Part shown: in pieces, positions 50,595 through 58,918 of the stretch
How the letters are laid out: the number at the start of each line of letters is the position of its first letter
How positions within the stretch are numbered: position 1 is the first letter of the stretch
NCBI GenBank assembly: GCA_030749075.1
Contig: JASMKR010000004.1
Span: forward strand, 15,232 to 79,231
Source of the DNA: Candidatus Thalassarchaeaceae archaeon
GTDB taxonomy: Archaea; Thermoplasmatota; Poseidoniia; Poseidoniales; Thalassarchaeaceae
DNA: 64,000 nt
Direction of reading: 5' to 3'
Program-made: the position numbers and the translations under genes
The notes under the pieces: generated by a model
Seen by the model: the letters and a program-made list of their open reading frames with translations, nothing else
Told to the model about the DNA's origin: nothing
Database searches by the model: none

Positions 50595-51290
50595 TTGGAT
50601 AGCGGCTCAATAGTTCACATAGACTACGACCTGTTCAATGCGGGTACCGAGAAGCTCATCGAGACCACTAGGGAGGATTCTGCCAAGGAGCACGACCTCC
50701 ACGAAGAGAGCAGGACCTACTCGCCGATGATCACCGTCGTGGGCGGCGGCCTGCTCATCCCCGGCTTCGAGGCTCACCTGTCAGAGGCCGAAGCCGACAA
50801 GGAGTACGATTTTGAGATTGAGCCCGAGCAGGCCTACGGCGAGCGTGACGCCAATAAAATAGAGACCATTTCTCAGAACGTGCTGCTTCGGAGCGTCCGC
50901 GACCCCAACACCCTGGCAATCGGCGCGCCCGTCGAGATTGGGGGTCGCACTGGCATCCTGCAGTTCACAAGCGCAGGTAGGGCGCGAATCGACTACAACC
51001 ACCCTCTAGCGGGGGTGACCCTTCGCTACGTCTACCGGATAGTCAAGCTCGTCGAGGATCGCGAGGAGAAGGTCCAGACCCTGATGAGGATGAACACCGG
51101 CAGGGATGACTTCGAACTGGAGTTCGACGGCGACGATCTGACCATGACGCTGCCCGAGGAGATGGCCTACGATCAGAACTGGGCCTACGTTAAGTTCTCC
51201 CTAGTGACAACCCTGAGGGAGCATGTGGGAGTGGGCAAGGTAGTGTTCCGCGAGGTCCACGAACCTCGAAGGATCGACGAGGAAGAGTGA
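50595..51290 (+). CDS. FKBP-type peptidyl-prolyl isomerase (archaeal long type with IF insert)
   Basis: GSIVHIDYDLF......LIPGFEAHL...EPEQAYGERD...ARIDYNHPLAGVTLRYVYRIVKL. TTG start. Confidence 0.85.
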   Translation: MDSGSIVHIDYDLFNAGTEKLIETTREDSAKEHDLHEESRTYSPMITVVGGGLLIPGFEAHLSEAEADKEYDFEIEPEQAYGERDANKIETISQNVLLRSVRDPNTLAIGAPVEIGGRTGILQFTSAGRARIDYNHPLAGVTLRYVYRIVKLVEDREEKVQTLMRMNTGRDDFELEFDGDDLTMTLPEEMAYDQNWAYVKFSLVTTLREHVGVGKVVFREVHEPRRIDEEE

Positions 51291-52829
51291 CTACAGGATT
51301 CTCGGGATGATTACCGGGATTGCTAGAACGAAGAGGATGAAGAAGCTGCTCATGCTGCTTATCCGATTGGCAATCGCCTCAATGCGCATTGGATGCATGC
51401 TCCTTCCTATCCGAGCAAGGATCGAATGCGTCGCATCCCTGACTAAATGACCACCATCGAACGGAATCATCGGAATGAGATTGGCGAAGCCGAGCAGGAA
51501 GTTGATCCAAACCAGCCAGAACAGGAAGTCGAATAGCATCAGCATGCCGTCTGTGCCAATTGCTGACGCTATCAGGCCCTCCCCGGATTCAAGCATGGCA
51601 CGTTCCTCCAGCACCATGGTCTGACCATCTAGAGCGATTGGGGTTTGTAGCATGATAAGTGGCTCGATCAAGGCTACTACGGCGGTGACCCCGAACGAGT
51701 ATTCCCCACTGACAATGTATGAGTAACCATAGACGCCGGCCGTGCCTGAACGAACATTGCTGATGCCTAGGAACGCATCGCCAGGCTCGGCACCCCCACT
51801 CCGCTCGATGCACACGCCGTCCCCTTCACACAGCGCGGACAAGTGCTCGTAGCGATCACCTAGGGTGATTTCGATAGATCTAGACTCTCGGGCTCCCTGC
51901 TCTGTAGGGCTGGAAAGAACCGTGAACATGGCAACGTCCTCAGCAGAGAGCGTGGCCATCCTCTCGCTGAAGCCTTCGTAGTCGCTGAAACCAAACCCAT
52001 CGATGTGGGTGATTGTCTCGTAGGGCATCAGTCCTGCGCTCTCAGCAGCACTTCCCTCCACTATACCCCTCGCATGTACTCCATCGTGCTCTGCAACCAT
52101 TCCGTTAGCAACTGCCGAAAGGAGAATCAGTGCCGCGTAAGTTGCGAATATGTTGATTGAAGGGCCAGCAGCGAAAAGCCTCATCCTATCGCGTCTGGGA
52201 GCTCTGGCCATCTCTGCCTCCTCGGGCTCTGCGAAAGCCCCAATCGGAACCGGGCCCACCAATAGAAGCCCGAAACTCCTCAGCCTCATTCCATGGGCCC
52301 TCGCTTGGATTCCGTGACTGTACTCGTGGATGACCAAGGCGACGATCAGTGCTAGGGCGGGCCACCAGAAAGGAACGAAGCTGGTGACACCGGGAATCAG
52401 TAGCAGGTCACTGGCAGGAAGATACTCTTCGGGTGGTCGCAGGGTGGCCTCGATGGCACTGAAGAAGAGGAGTAGGATGACTCCGGTCATCACGAGGAAG
52501 CACAGCCAGATCGATATCTCTCCGTAGGCTCTCCAGAACATCCTATTTCTGGAGATCCTCTCAAGAACCCTCATTCCTCGGCCTGTTCTGAGCATAAGGA
52601 TGATTCCGAGCAGCCTTGTGGCATCCATGCGATCCAGCGAACCCATCGACTCCAAGGTAACCAATGCGACATACCAAGCACCGATTAGCACCAATAGGAA
52701 AAGAGGCGCTCCAAGGAGGTACAGGGTGTACAACAGGAGCATTGGCAGCAGGAAGCTGACCCTCCCTCGTTCCCCCTGCCTCATGCTTTTGGACGCCCAC
52801 TCACCACACTTCAACCTGCGTCTCAGCAT
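51291..52829 (-). CDS. site-2 protease family (M50) membrane metalloprotease with a PDZ-like insert
   Basis: Contains HEYSHGIQARAHG (HExxH) within a TM region, plus the C-terminal NLIPMIPFDGGH motif. Confidence 0.85.
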   Translation of the reverse strand: MLRRRLKCGEWASKSMRQGERGRVSFLLPMLLLYTLYLLGAPLFLLVLIGAWYVALVTLESMGSLDRMDATRLLGIILMLRTGRGMRVLERISRNRMFWRAYGEISIWLCFLVMTGVILLLFFSAIEATLRPPEEYLPASDLLLIPGVTSFVPFWWPALALIVALVIHEYSHGIQARAHGMRLRSFGLLLVGPVPIGAFAEPEEAEMARAPRRDRMRLFAAGPSINIFATYAALILLSAVANGMVAEHDGVHARGIVEGSAAESAGLMPYETITHIDGFGFSDYEGFSERMATLSAEDVAMFTVLSSPTEQGARESRSIEITLGDRYEHLSALCEGDGVCIERSGGAEPGDAFLGISNVRSGTAGVYGYSYIVSGEYSFGVTAVVALIEPLIMLQTPIALDGQTMVLEERAMLESGEGLIASAIGTDGMLMLFDFLFWLVWINFLLGFANLIPMIPFDGGHLVRDATHSILARIGRSMHPMRIEAIANRISSMSSFFILFVLAIPVIIPRIL

Positions 52830-52910
52830 CGGAAGGGAGAATACGCCACACCCAGTCAGACGTTCGTGACCGGTCGTAGACTATCGGACAACAGGAGCCT
52901 CAACCGACGC

Positions 52911-53048
52911 ATGGACTCTCTTGCAAGGGAGCGTGAGAGCGTCTGCAGACTGCTCGACCAAGCCGACCTCTCGACCATCAGGGAGGGGCTCGAGTCCCTC
53001 AAGTCCAGACTCGATTTGATTGAGGAGAGACTCTCCGGGCAATAGCGA
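52911..53048 (+). CDS. possible 45-aa helical micro-protein
   Basis: Not in the track (under 60 aa). MDSLARERESVCRLLDQADLSTIREGLESLKSRLDLIEERLSGQ. GC3 is about 75% in this frame against about 59% for the competing 62-aa minus ORF (hand count). Confidence 0.3.
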
Positions 53049-53049
53049 C

Positions 53050-53625
53050 CTAGCCAGAGGCAGGCTCACTAATTGAGAGACCCGACCCTGAGCCAGACAT
53101 GCCTTTCGCGCCTTCCGACTTGCACACGAGCGCTAGGAATCGGTGCATTGGCATCCCCTCGTGCCAGTTCAGATGAGGCACTCCCCGACTGGTCAGGGGC
53201 AAGGGGGGAATGCTCCTAGAAAGATGCCTCAGTTTCCCGGTCAGGCCATCTACATCAACCCTCATTACCCTCCAACTATCCCCTCTAACGCCCTTCAGCC
53301 TGAAGGCATACAACGGAAGCAGACCGCACCTCTCACCAGTGGATTTCAGCGCCTTGTACTGATCCATTGTTCTGCCAGAGAGGTAGATCCTGTCTCTCTT
53401 CGATGACTTGACCTCTATCGGGAAGCACATGTCGCCCCGTAGCACGAGGAGGTCCCCCGTTCCCTCAGAGCCACTACCTGGCGCCCTGACAACCAGAAAC
53501 GGCCTCTGGATGACGCGCATCGCCCTAGCCCGCTCAACTTCGGTGCAGGATCTGGTAATCGCTCTGACGCCCTTCAACTCGCCTGCGAGCACGGCTCGCA
53601 ACTCTCGCTCGTACGCGGTCCCCAC
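53050..53625 (-). CDS. hjc: Hjc-like Holliday junction resolvase (PD-(D/E)xK) with insert and C-terminal extension
   Basis: GTAYERELRAVL...GDLLVLRGDMCFPIEVKSSK...IYL is the E...D...ExK arrangement of archaeal Hjc. At 191 aa it is longer than the usual 120-145 aa or so. Confidence 0.6.
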   Translation of the reverse strand: MGTAYERELRAVLAGELKGVRAITRSCTEVERARAMRVIQRPFLVVRAPGSGSEGTGDLLVLRGDMCFPIEVKSSKRDRIYLSGRTMDQYKALKSTGERCGLLPLYAFRLKGVRGDSWRVMRVDVDGLTGKLRHLSRSIPPLPLTSRGVPHLNWHEGMPMHRFLALVCKSEGAKGMSGSGSGLSISEPASG

Positions 53626-53669
53626 GGTTGCATCCCGTTCTCGGGGTTATTGAGCACATTGGTGAAGGC

Positions 53670-54395
53670 TCACTGAATCTTGCCCTTTCGGTATTCCCTA
53701 GTTCGATCGACCCCGGGAAACTGGTCCTCGCTTTCCCTGTAGATGGTCTTCATATTATTGAGGAAATTGTCCTCGTGAGTTACGATTAGCACCATCCTGA
53801 CTCCTGGGTCATCCTCGCCGTCCATCCAATCGAGGACGATCTCCATGGTCATCCTCGCACCCTCCCTGTGGGGATAGGCGAAGACATCCATGCCTAGTGG
53901 GGGCAGAACGAGGGTCTCCCTAGGATCGAGTCCCTCGACCTCTTCGAAAAGGGCCCCATACGAGTTCCTCAATAGCTCCCTGCGGAAGTTGTCCTGAGTG
54001 GGCCTCCGGCAATCAGGACCAACCACGTGCACGAGGTGGGAGGCTGGTAGGTCGAAGGAAGGTGTTGAGACGGCCTCTCCCACGCCGCATGGCTGTAGGT
54101 TGAATGCTCTCTTCTCCCTAGCAATACCTGCACAGTGTTCCCTCAGGCTCGGACCGGCTGCTTGCTGCATACGCTCGTCGAGACCCTCTCTGCCGGCGAG
54201 CCTATTGTTAGCTGGGATGACCATAACATCCCCCTCGACTCTGACAATATCACCGTATAGGACGCGAACCTGACCATGACGACACTCTCTAACGATTACC
54301 ACATCGGCCATAGGACCCCAAGGGTAGGCCATCCGATATGTATTCATCGTAGGTGACATTAAACGCGAACCGGGGGAGATTTCATTCCCCTGCAC
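53670..54395 (-). CDS. macro-domain protein (ADP-ribose binding/hydrolase)
   Basis: YGDIVRVEGDVMVIPANNRLAGREGLDERMQQAAGPSL...GEAVSTPSFDLPASHLVHVVGP. Start uncertain. Confidence 0.8.
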   Translation of the reverse strand: MQGNEISPGSRLMSPTMNTYRMAYPWGPMADVVIVRECRHGQVRVLYGDIVRVEGDVMVIPANNRLAGREGLDERMQQAAGPSLREHCAGIAREKRAFNLQPCGVGEAVSTPSFDLPASHLVHVVGPDCRRPTQDNFRRELLRNSYGALFEEVEGLDPRETLVLPPLGMDVFAYPHREGARMTMEIVLDWMDGEDDPGVRMVLIVTHEDNFLNNMKTIYRESEDQFPGVDRTREYRKGKIQ

Positions 54396-54410
54396 CCCTC
54401 GCGTCCAAGC

Positions 54411-54644
54411 ATGTCCGCGGGTTATGTTCTAGTTGACGTCGAGCCCGGCACCGAGTACAGCGTATTTGAGAAGGCATCAGCCCTAACATTCGTCTCTGAT
54501 GCCCAAATTCTCTTTGGCGACCACGATATGATTCTCAAGATCGAGGCTGAGAGCATGGGTGAGATAGCCCGCTTGGTTGTGGAGTCTGTACGCCCCATCG
54601 AGGGCATAACCAATACCAAGACACTCGCGTGCGCAGAACTATAG
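54411..54644 (+). CDS. stand-alone Lrp/AsnC ligand-binding (RAM) domain protein
   Basis: YVLVDVEPGTEYSVFEKASALTFVSDAQILFGDHDMILKIEAESMGEIARLVVESVRPIEGITNTKTL. Confidence 0.65.
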   Translation: MSAGYVLVDVEPGTEYSVFEKASALTFVSDAQILFGDHDMILKIEAESMGEIARLVVESVRPIEGITNTKTLACAEL

Positions 54645-54755
54645 AATGCATCCAACGGCCATTTGAAAACCATCAATCATAGACGCAGTATTACGATTAT
54701 CCCCCCTCAAGTTTAATACCTGCCAAGTTTCGCCTGCCCTCGGAGACAGACCAAT

Positions 54756-55019
54756 ATGGGAGACAAGAAATACTTCGTGTTGATGAAGAACGGAAAGGAC
54801 ACTGCGCAGGTGTTCCACAGCAGGCAGCCAAGGGGCGCAGCCCTCAAGGCGGCATCTCGTGGTGAGACGGACATCCATCTCAGAGAGAGGGGAACCAACC
54901 GCGTTCACGTGTTCAAGGGCTGGAAGAAGATGGTAGCGAAGGGTGCCAACGCCCCTGCCTGGCTACCCGACATGATCAACAAGGCCAACGTAAGCAAGGT
55001 CCGAATAGACCGAAACTGA
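54756..55019 (+). CDS. archaeal chromatin protein MC1
   Basis: KKYFVLMKNGKDTAQVFHSRQPRGAALKAASRG...IHLRERGTNRVHVFKGWKKMV...NAPAWLPDMINKANVSKVRI is colinear with Methanosarcina MC1 as I recall it (FTGKQPRQAALKAANRG...RLRERGTKKVHVFKAWK...RPAWMP). Confidence 0.85.
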   Translation: MGDKKYFVLMKNGKDTAQVFHSRQPRGAALKAASRGETDIHLRERGTNRVHVFKGWKKMVAKGANAPAWLPDMINKANVSKVRIDRN

Positions 55020-55091
55020 GCCTTGTAGCGAGTCATACAGCTGCACGAACCCGAGGATAGTCGGGCATCGAAGGGCCGAGTGCGGGAGCCT

Positions 55092-56006
55092 TCATCTCTT
55101 GCCGCGCACTCTTTCGACCCGCGCCCTTTCCTGTTTACGTGCCTCTTCGGCCCTGGACCTCTCCTTTCTCAGAGCCTTCTCCGCCACTTTCACATTCGCG
55201 TCACCGAAATGCAACCGTGGACTCGGCTCGGGTAACTTCTCCTTGATGCCAAGCATTCTCGCCATTATCGCCAGCGGGTCGTAGAATTCGGTCACAACCC
55301 GCTCCTTGAGGGGAATGATTGCATTATCCGTGATCTTGATCCCCGCTGGGCATACCTCGGTGCAGCACTTGGTAATGTTGCAGTATCCTATCCCGAAGTC
55401 GTCCTTGATGTGGGGAATCCTATTTCCTGTGTCCAGAGGGTGCATCTCGAGGCCGGCGAGACGGACGAAGAAGCGAGGGCCAGCGAACTCGTCGAACATC
55501 TGGTGCTCTCGAAGCACGTGACAGGTGTTGACGCAGAGCATGCACTCGATGCAGGAGCGGAACTCTTGCAGCCTATCGGCCTCCTCCTGATAGAATTCCC
55601 AGTCAGGTTCCTCGGGCCCATTAATGGGGACGATTCGTCTATCGGTCTCGTAGGCCCAGGAAGTGTCAGTGACCAAGTCCTTAGTCAGCGGGAATGCCTG
55701 CATGGGCCTGACTAGAATCGGCTCGCCATCAGGATTCTCTGCCACGATGTCCTCCATCCGTGTCATGCACATCAGCCTGGGCTTGCCGTTAACCTCGGCA
55801 CTGCAAGAGCCGCACTTTCCGGCCTTGCAGTTCCAGCGGCATGACAGATCAGGGGCGTGCTCGGCCTGAATCCTGTGGATGACGTCTAGTACCACCATGC
55901 CCTCATCTAAATCGACGGTGTAGTCGACCATCTGGCCGAACGGGTCCCCGTCGGCATCCGGCTGGCCCCTGAAAACCCTGAAAGTCACCTGATCGTTCAT
56001 GCTCAT
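55092..56006 (-). CDS. sdhB: succinate dehydrogenase/fumarate reductase iron-sulfur subunit with a basic C-terminal tail
   Basis: The three Fe-S Cys clusters are CRWNCKAGKCGSC, CIECMLCVNTC and CNITKCCTEVCP. Overlaps sdhA by 4 nt. Confidence 0.92.
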   Translation of the reverse strand: MSMNDQVTFRVFRGQPDADGDPFGQMVDYTVDLDEGMVVLDVIHRIQAEHAPDLSCRWNCKAGKCGSCSAEVNGKPRLMCMTRMEDIVAENPDGEPILVRPMQAFPLTKDLVTDTSWAYETDRRIVPINGPEEPDWEFYQEEADRLQEFRSCIECMLCVNTCHVLREHQMFDEFAGPRFFVRLAGLEMHPLDTGNRIPHIKDDFGIGYCNITKCCTEVCPAGIKITDNAIIPLKERVVTEFYDPLAIMARMLGIKEKLPEPSPRLHFGDANVKVAEKALRKERSRAEEARKQERARVERVRGKR

Positions 56007-57829
56007 CCCTCATGCAGGTCTTCCACGTCTAGGAGCGATCTGAGCTCCTCGGGCATCTCAGGGTAGGAGGCGAACCCTATGTCCATGGAACGACCTTCCC
56101 CCATCGAGATCACGCTGGTTACCTTTCCCCAGTGAGAGTGATCCGTTTCGGGGAAGTCGTCGCGCGTGTGCGCACCCCGACTCTCCTCGCGCCTGTGAGC
56201 GGCCAGCGCACACATCCTGCTCACATCGATCATGGCGCTGAGTTCTAGTGCCTGATGCCAGCCGGGATTGTACGTCCTGCCCCCTCCCGGTGATGTGGTA
56301 GCGGCACGCCTCCCCAACTCATCGAGGTTGTCGATGGCCTCCAGTAGCAGGTCACCCGTTCTGATAATGCCGGCCTTGTTCTGCATCATCTCCCGGAGGT
56401 CGTTTACAACCTTGGCAGGATTCTCCCCTCCTTCGCGCATCAATGGGGCGAGGGTTTCAGTCACGACCTCGTCTATCTCGGACTGGGCAATGGTGGAGAA
56501 GTTACCAGCCTCCTTTGCGGCCTCGGCTGCCCGACTCCCAGCAATCTTGCCGAATACAATAAGGTCCGACAATGAGTTGCCGCCCAACCTATTGGCGCCG
56601 TGCAGGCCAGTTGCGACCTCCCCTGCGGCGTAGAGGCCCGGAACCGAAGTCTCCTGGGTGTAGGGGTTGACCTTAACGCCCCCCATCACGTAGTGGGCCG
56701 TCGGCCCTACTTCCATCGGATCCTTGGTGATGTCAACCGCCGCGAGTTCCTTGAACTGGTGGTACATCCCCGGTAGCTTCTTCTTCACTTCCTCTGGGTT
56801 ACGCCAAGAGATGTCGAGGTAGGCCCCTCCATGCTCGGAAGCACGACCGGCGGCGCGCTCGCTGTTGATTGCTTTGGCGACCACGTCACGGGTTAGCAGC
56901 TCGGGGGGCCTCCGTTTGGTGGCGAGCTTTCCAGAGACGACCTCGTCCACCCAGGCTAGCGCCTCCTCCTCTGTGTCTGCGAACTCGTCTGCGTACATCT
57001 CTGGCACGTAGTCGAACATGAACCGCTTTCCTTCCGCGTTGCTAAGCACCCCACCCTCGCCACGGACTCCCTCGGTAACGAGGATGCCCTTGACCGAGGG
57101 CGGCCAAATCATCCCGGTGGGGTGGAACTGAACGAACTCCATGTCCCCCATTTCAGCACCTGCCCAGTAGGCCAGCGCATGCCCCTCTCCGGTGTACTCC
57201 CACGAACCCGAGCAGACCTCCCAGCAGCGGGTGACACCCCCAGTCGCGAGGACGATCGTCTTGGCCTTGAAGACGTGTAGCGAACCGTCGTTGCGATCGT
57301 ACGCGAAGCAGCCGGAGACGCGTCCGCTGGTCTTGAACAGCCGGCGAACCGTGAACTCCATGAAGACGTCCATTCCCATGTGAATTCCCTTCTGCTGCAG
57401 AGTACGAATCAGCTCGAGTCCAGTAGCGTCGCCGATATGCGCGAGTCTCGGATAGGTATGGCCGCCGAAGTTTCGCTGACTGGTCATGCCCTCGGGGGTC
57501 CGATCGAAGACCGCACCCCACTGCTCGAGCTCGCGGATTCTATCCGGCGACTGCTGCGCATGGATCTGAGCCATGCGCCAATCACCGAGGTACTTACCTC
57601 CCTTCATAGTGTCGCGGAAGTGGGTCTGCCAGGAGTCGCGCGGGTCCTTGTTGGCGAGTGCCGCAGCAGCGCCTCCCTCGGCCATCACGGTGTGCGCCTT
57701 GCCGAGCATCGACTTGCAGATCATAGCCACGCTGATACCGGCAGTACTAGCTTCGATGGCAGCGCGAAGACCAGCGCCTCCCGCGCCGATGACGACCACG
57801 TCATGTTCGTGGGTTACAATCTCGCTCAT
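56003..57829 (-). CDS. sdhA: succinate dehydrogenase/fumarate reductase flavoprotein subunit
   Basis: HDVVVIGAGGAGLRAA, HTVMAEGG (FAD-linking His), HPTG, and GLYAAGEV...HGANRLGGNSL. Confidence 0.95.
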   Translation of the reverse strand: MSEIVTHEHDVVVIGAGGAGLRAAIEASTAGISVAMICKSMLGKAHTVMAEGGAAAALANKDPRDSWQTHFRDTMKGGKYLGDWRMAQIHAQQSPDRIRELEQWGAVFDRTPEGMTSQRNFGGHTYPRLAHIGDATGLELIRTLQQKGIHMGMDVFMEFTVRRLFKTSGRVSGCFAYDRNDGSLHVFKAKTIVLATGGVTRCWEVCSGSWEYTGEGHALAYWAGAEMGDMEFVQFHPTGMIWPPSVKGILVTEGVRGEGGVLSNAEGKRFMFDYVPEMYADEFADTEEEALAWVDEVVSGKLATKRRPPELLTRDVVAKAINSERAAGRASEHGGAYLDISWRNPEEVKKKLPGMYHQFKELAAVDITKDPMEVGPTAHYVMGGVKVNPYTQETSVPGLYAAGEVATGLHGANRLGGNSLSDLIVFGKIAGSRAAEAAKEAGNFSTIAQSEIDEVVTETLAPLMREGGENPAKVVNDLREMMQNKAGIIRTGDLLLEAIDNLDELGRRAATTSPGGGRTYNPGWHQALELSAMIDVSRMCALAAHRREESRGAHTRDDFPETDHSHWGKVTSVISMGEGRSMDIGFASYPEMPEELRSLLDVEDLHEG

Positions 57830-58683
57830 CAGAGGCCACCCCAGAGGATCACGTCGGACCAGCCGAGCACCGGATCGGTGCAGGCGTAGATGTAGAAATC
57901 GGCGAACATCACAAAGAACAGGCTGTATAGGGCCCAGTCCCTATGATTTTCGTTGAACAAGGTCGAGAACCTCCACAGTCTGTACTTGAGGCGGCTCATC
58001 GGGGCGGCAGTCCACTCCTTGGCCCCACCTCCAACGACGTGGCGGAAAGCGTGGCAGCCGAAGGTGTAGCCAGTGAGAAGGATGAGGTTGACTAGAAGCA
58101 CGAGCGAACCGATGCTTACGCCGTAGGAATGTACGCCTCCGTCGCTGTGGAAGTTGACTGACATCCAGACATCATAGGACAGCATTGGCAGATATATCAG
58201 GGCGACGTACATGAAGTAGCGATGCAGGTTCTGAACCAGCAGCAGCCCGGTCTCACCGCTATACTCGTTCCACGGCTTCGAGACCGCGCATCCAGTCGGC
58301 TGCTGCATGAATGCCCGGTAGTACGCCTTGCGGTAGTAGTAGCATGTCGCCCTGAAACCTATTGGGAAGATGAGGATGAACATCGCCGGTGACATCCAAG
58401 CCAGTTCAAGTGGCACCATTGAGCCCAGGCCATCTCCGCCGGGGATGACCAAAGGTGAGAACAGCGGGCTCAGAACGTGACTCCCCTTACTTTCGATGGC
58501 CATCGTCTGGTGCCCTGCGCTCATGCCGAATTCCGAGAATATCCAGAAGTCGGCCTCCATCATGCCGCGCCAGGCGGAGTAGGCGATCATGATCCCGAGG
58601 TAGCCGGACATTGCAGCCGGACCCTTCCACCAGTCATCCGTGCGATCAGTCTTGCCGAAGCCCCTTTTCATCGGGAGCTTCAT
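57829..58683 (-). CDS. sdhC: succinate dehydrogenase membrane cytochrome b subunit (single large anchor type)
   Basis: Five-TM protein with His-bearing helices, immediately upstream of and overlapping sdhA. Start at 58683 (MKLPMKRGF), or 58671 or 58749. Confidence 0.6.
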   Translation of the reverse strand: MKLPMKRGFGKTDRTDDWWKGPAAMSGYLGIMIAYSAWRGMMEADFWIFSEFGMSAGHQTMAIESKGSHVLSPLFSPLVIPGGDGLGSMVPLELAWMSPAMFILIFPIGFRATCYYYRKAYYRAFMQQPTGCAVSKPWNEYSGETGLLLVQNLHRYFMYVALIYLPMLSYDVWMSVNFHSDGGVHSYGVSIGSLVLLVNLILLTGYTFGCHAFRHVVGGGAKEWTAAPMSRLKYRLWRFSTLFNENHRDWALYSLFFVMFADFYIYACTDPVLGWSDVILWGGL

Positions 58684-58810
58684 GCTCTGGCTCAATTGAA
58701 TGCACCCCGTGCCCTTTGGGCACGCCCAAGGCCCCATAAGGGATTGCATCGTCCAACTACACTATGCTGCAGTGCAAGATTAAAGGCACTTAGCCGCAAC
58801 TTTGGACTGC

Positions 58811-58918
58811 ATGGTAGGAGGTGACATTGAGACTTCGGTTTGCCCAAACTGCGGTCACTTGCCCGGAGCATGGCTTCCGGGGCTGCCTTGTCCTGAGTGC
58901 GGAGAGCCCATGCTCTAA
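58811..58918 (+). CDS. possible 35-aa zinc-ribbon micro-protein
   Basis: Not in the track (under 60 aa). MVGGDIETSVCPNCGHLPGAWLPGLPCPECGEPML has two CPxCG knuckles. Its 3' end overlaps the convergent aldehyde dehydrogenase stop by 4 nt. Confidence 0.4.
   Translation: MVGGDIETSVCPNCGHLPGAWLPGLPCPECGEPML

Noticed and set aside
52881-53069. 62-aa minus-strand ORF between hjc and the M50 protease.
   Set aside because: It overlaps the hjc 3' end by 20 nt and has a lower third-position GC than the competing plus-strand 45-aa frame. Neither frame is strongly supported.
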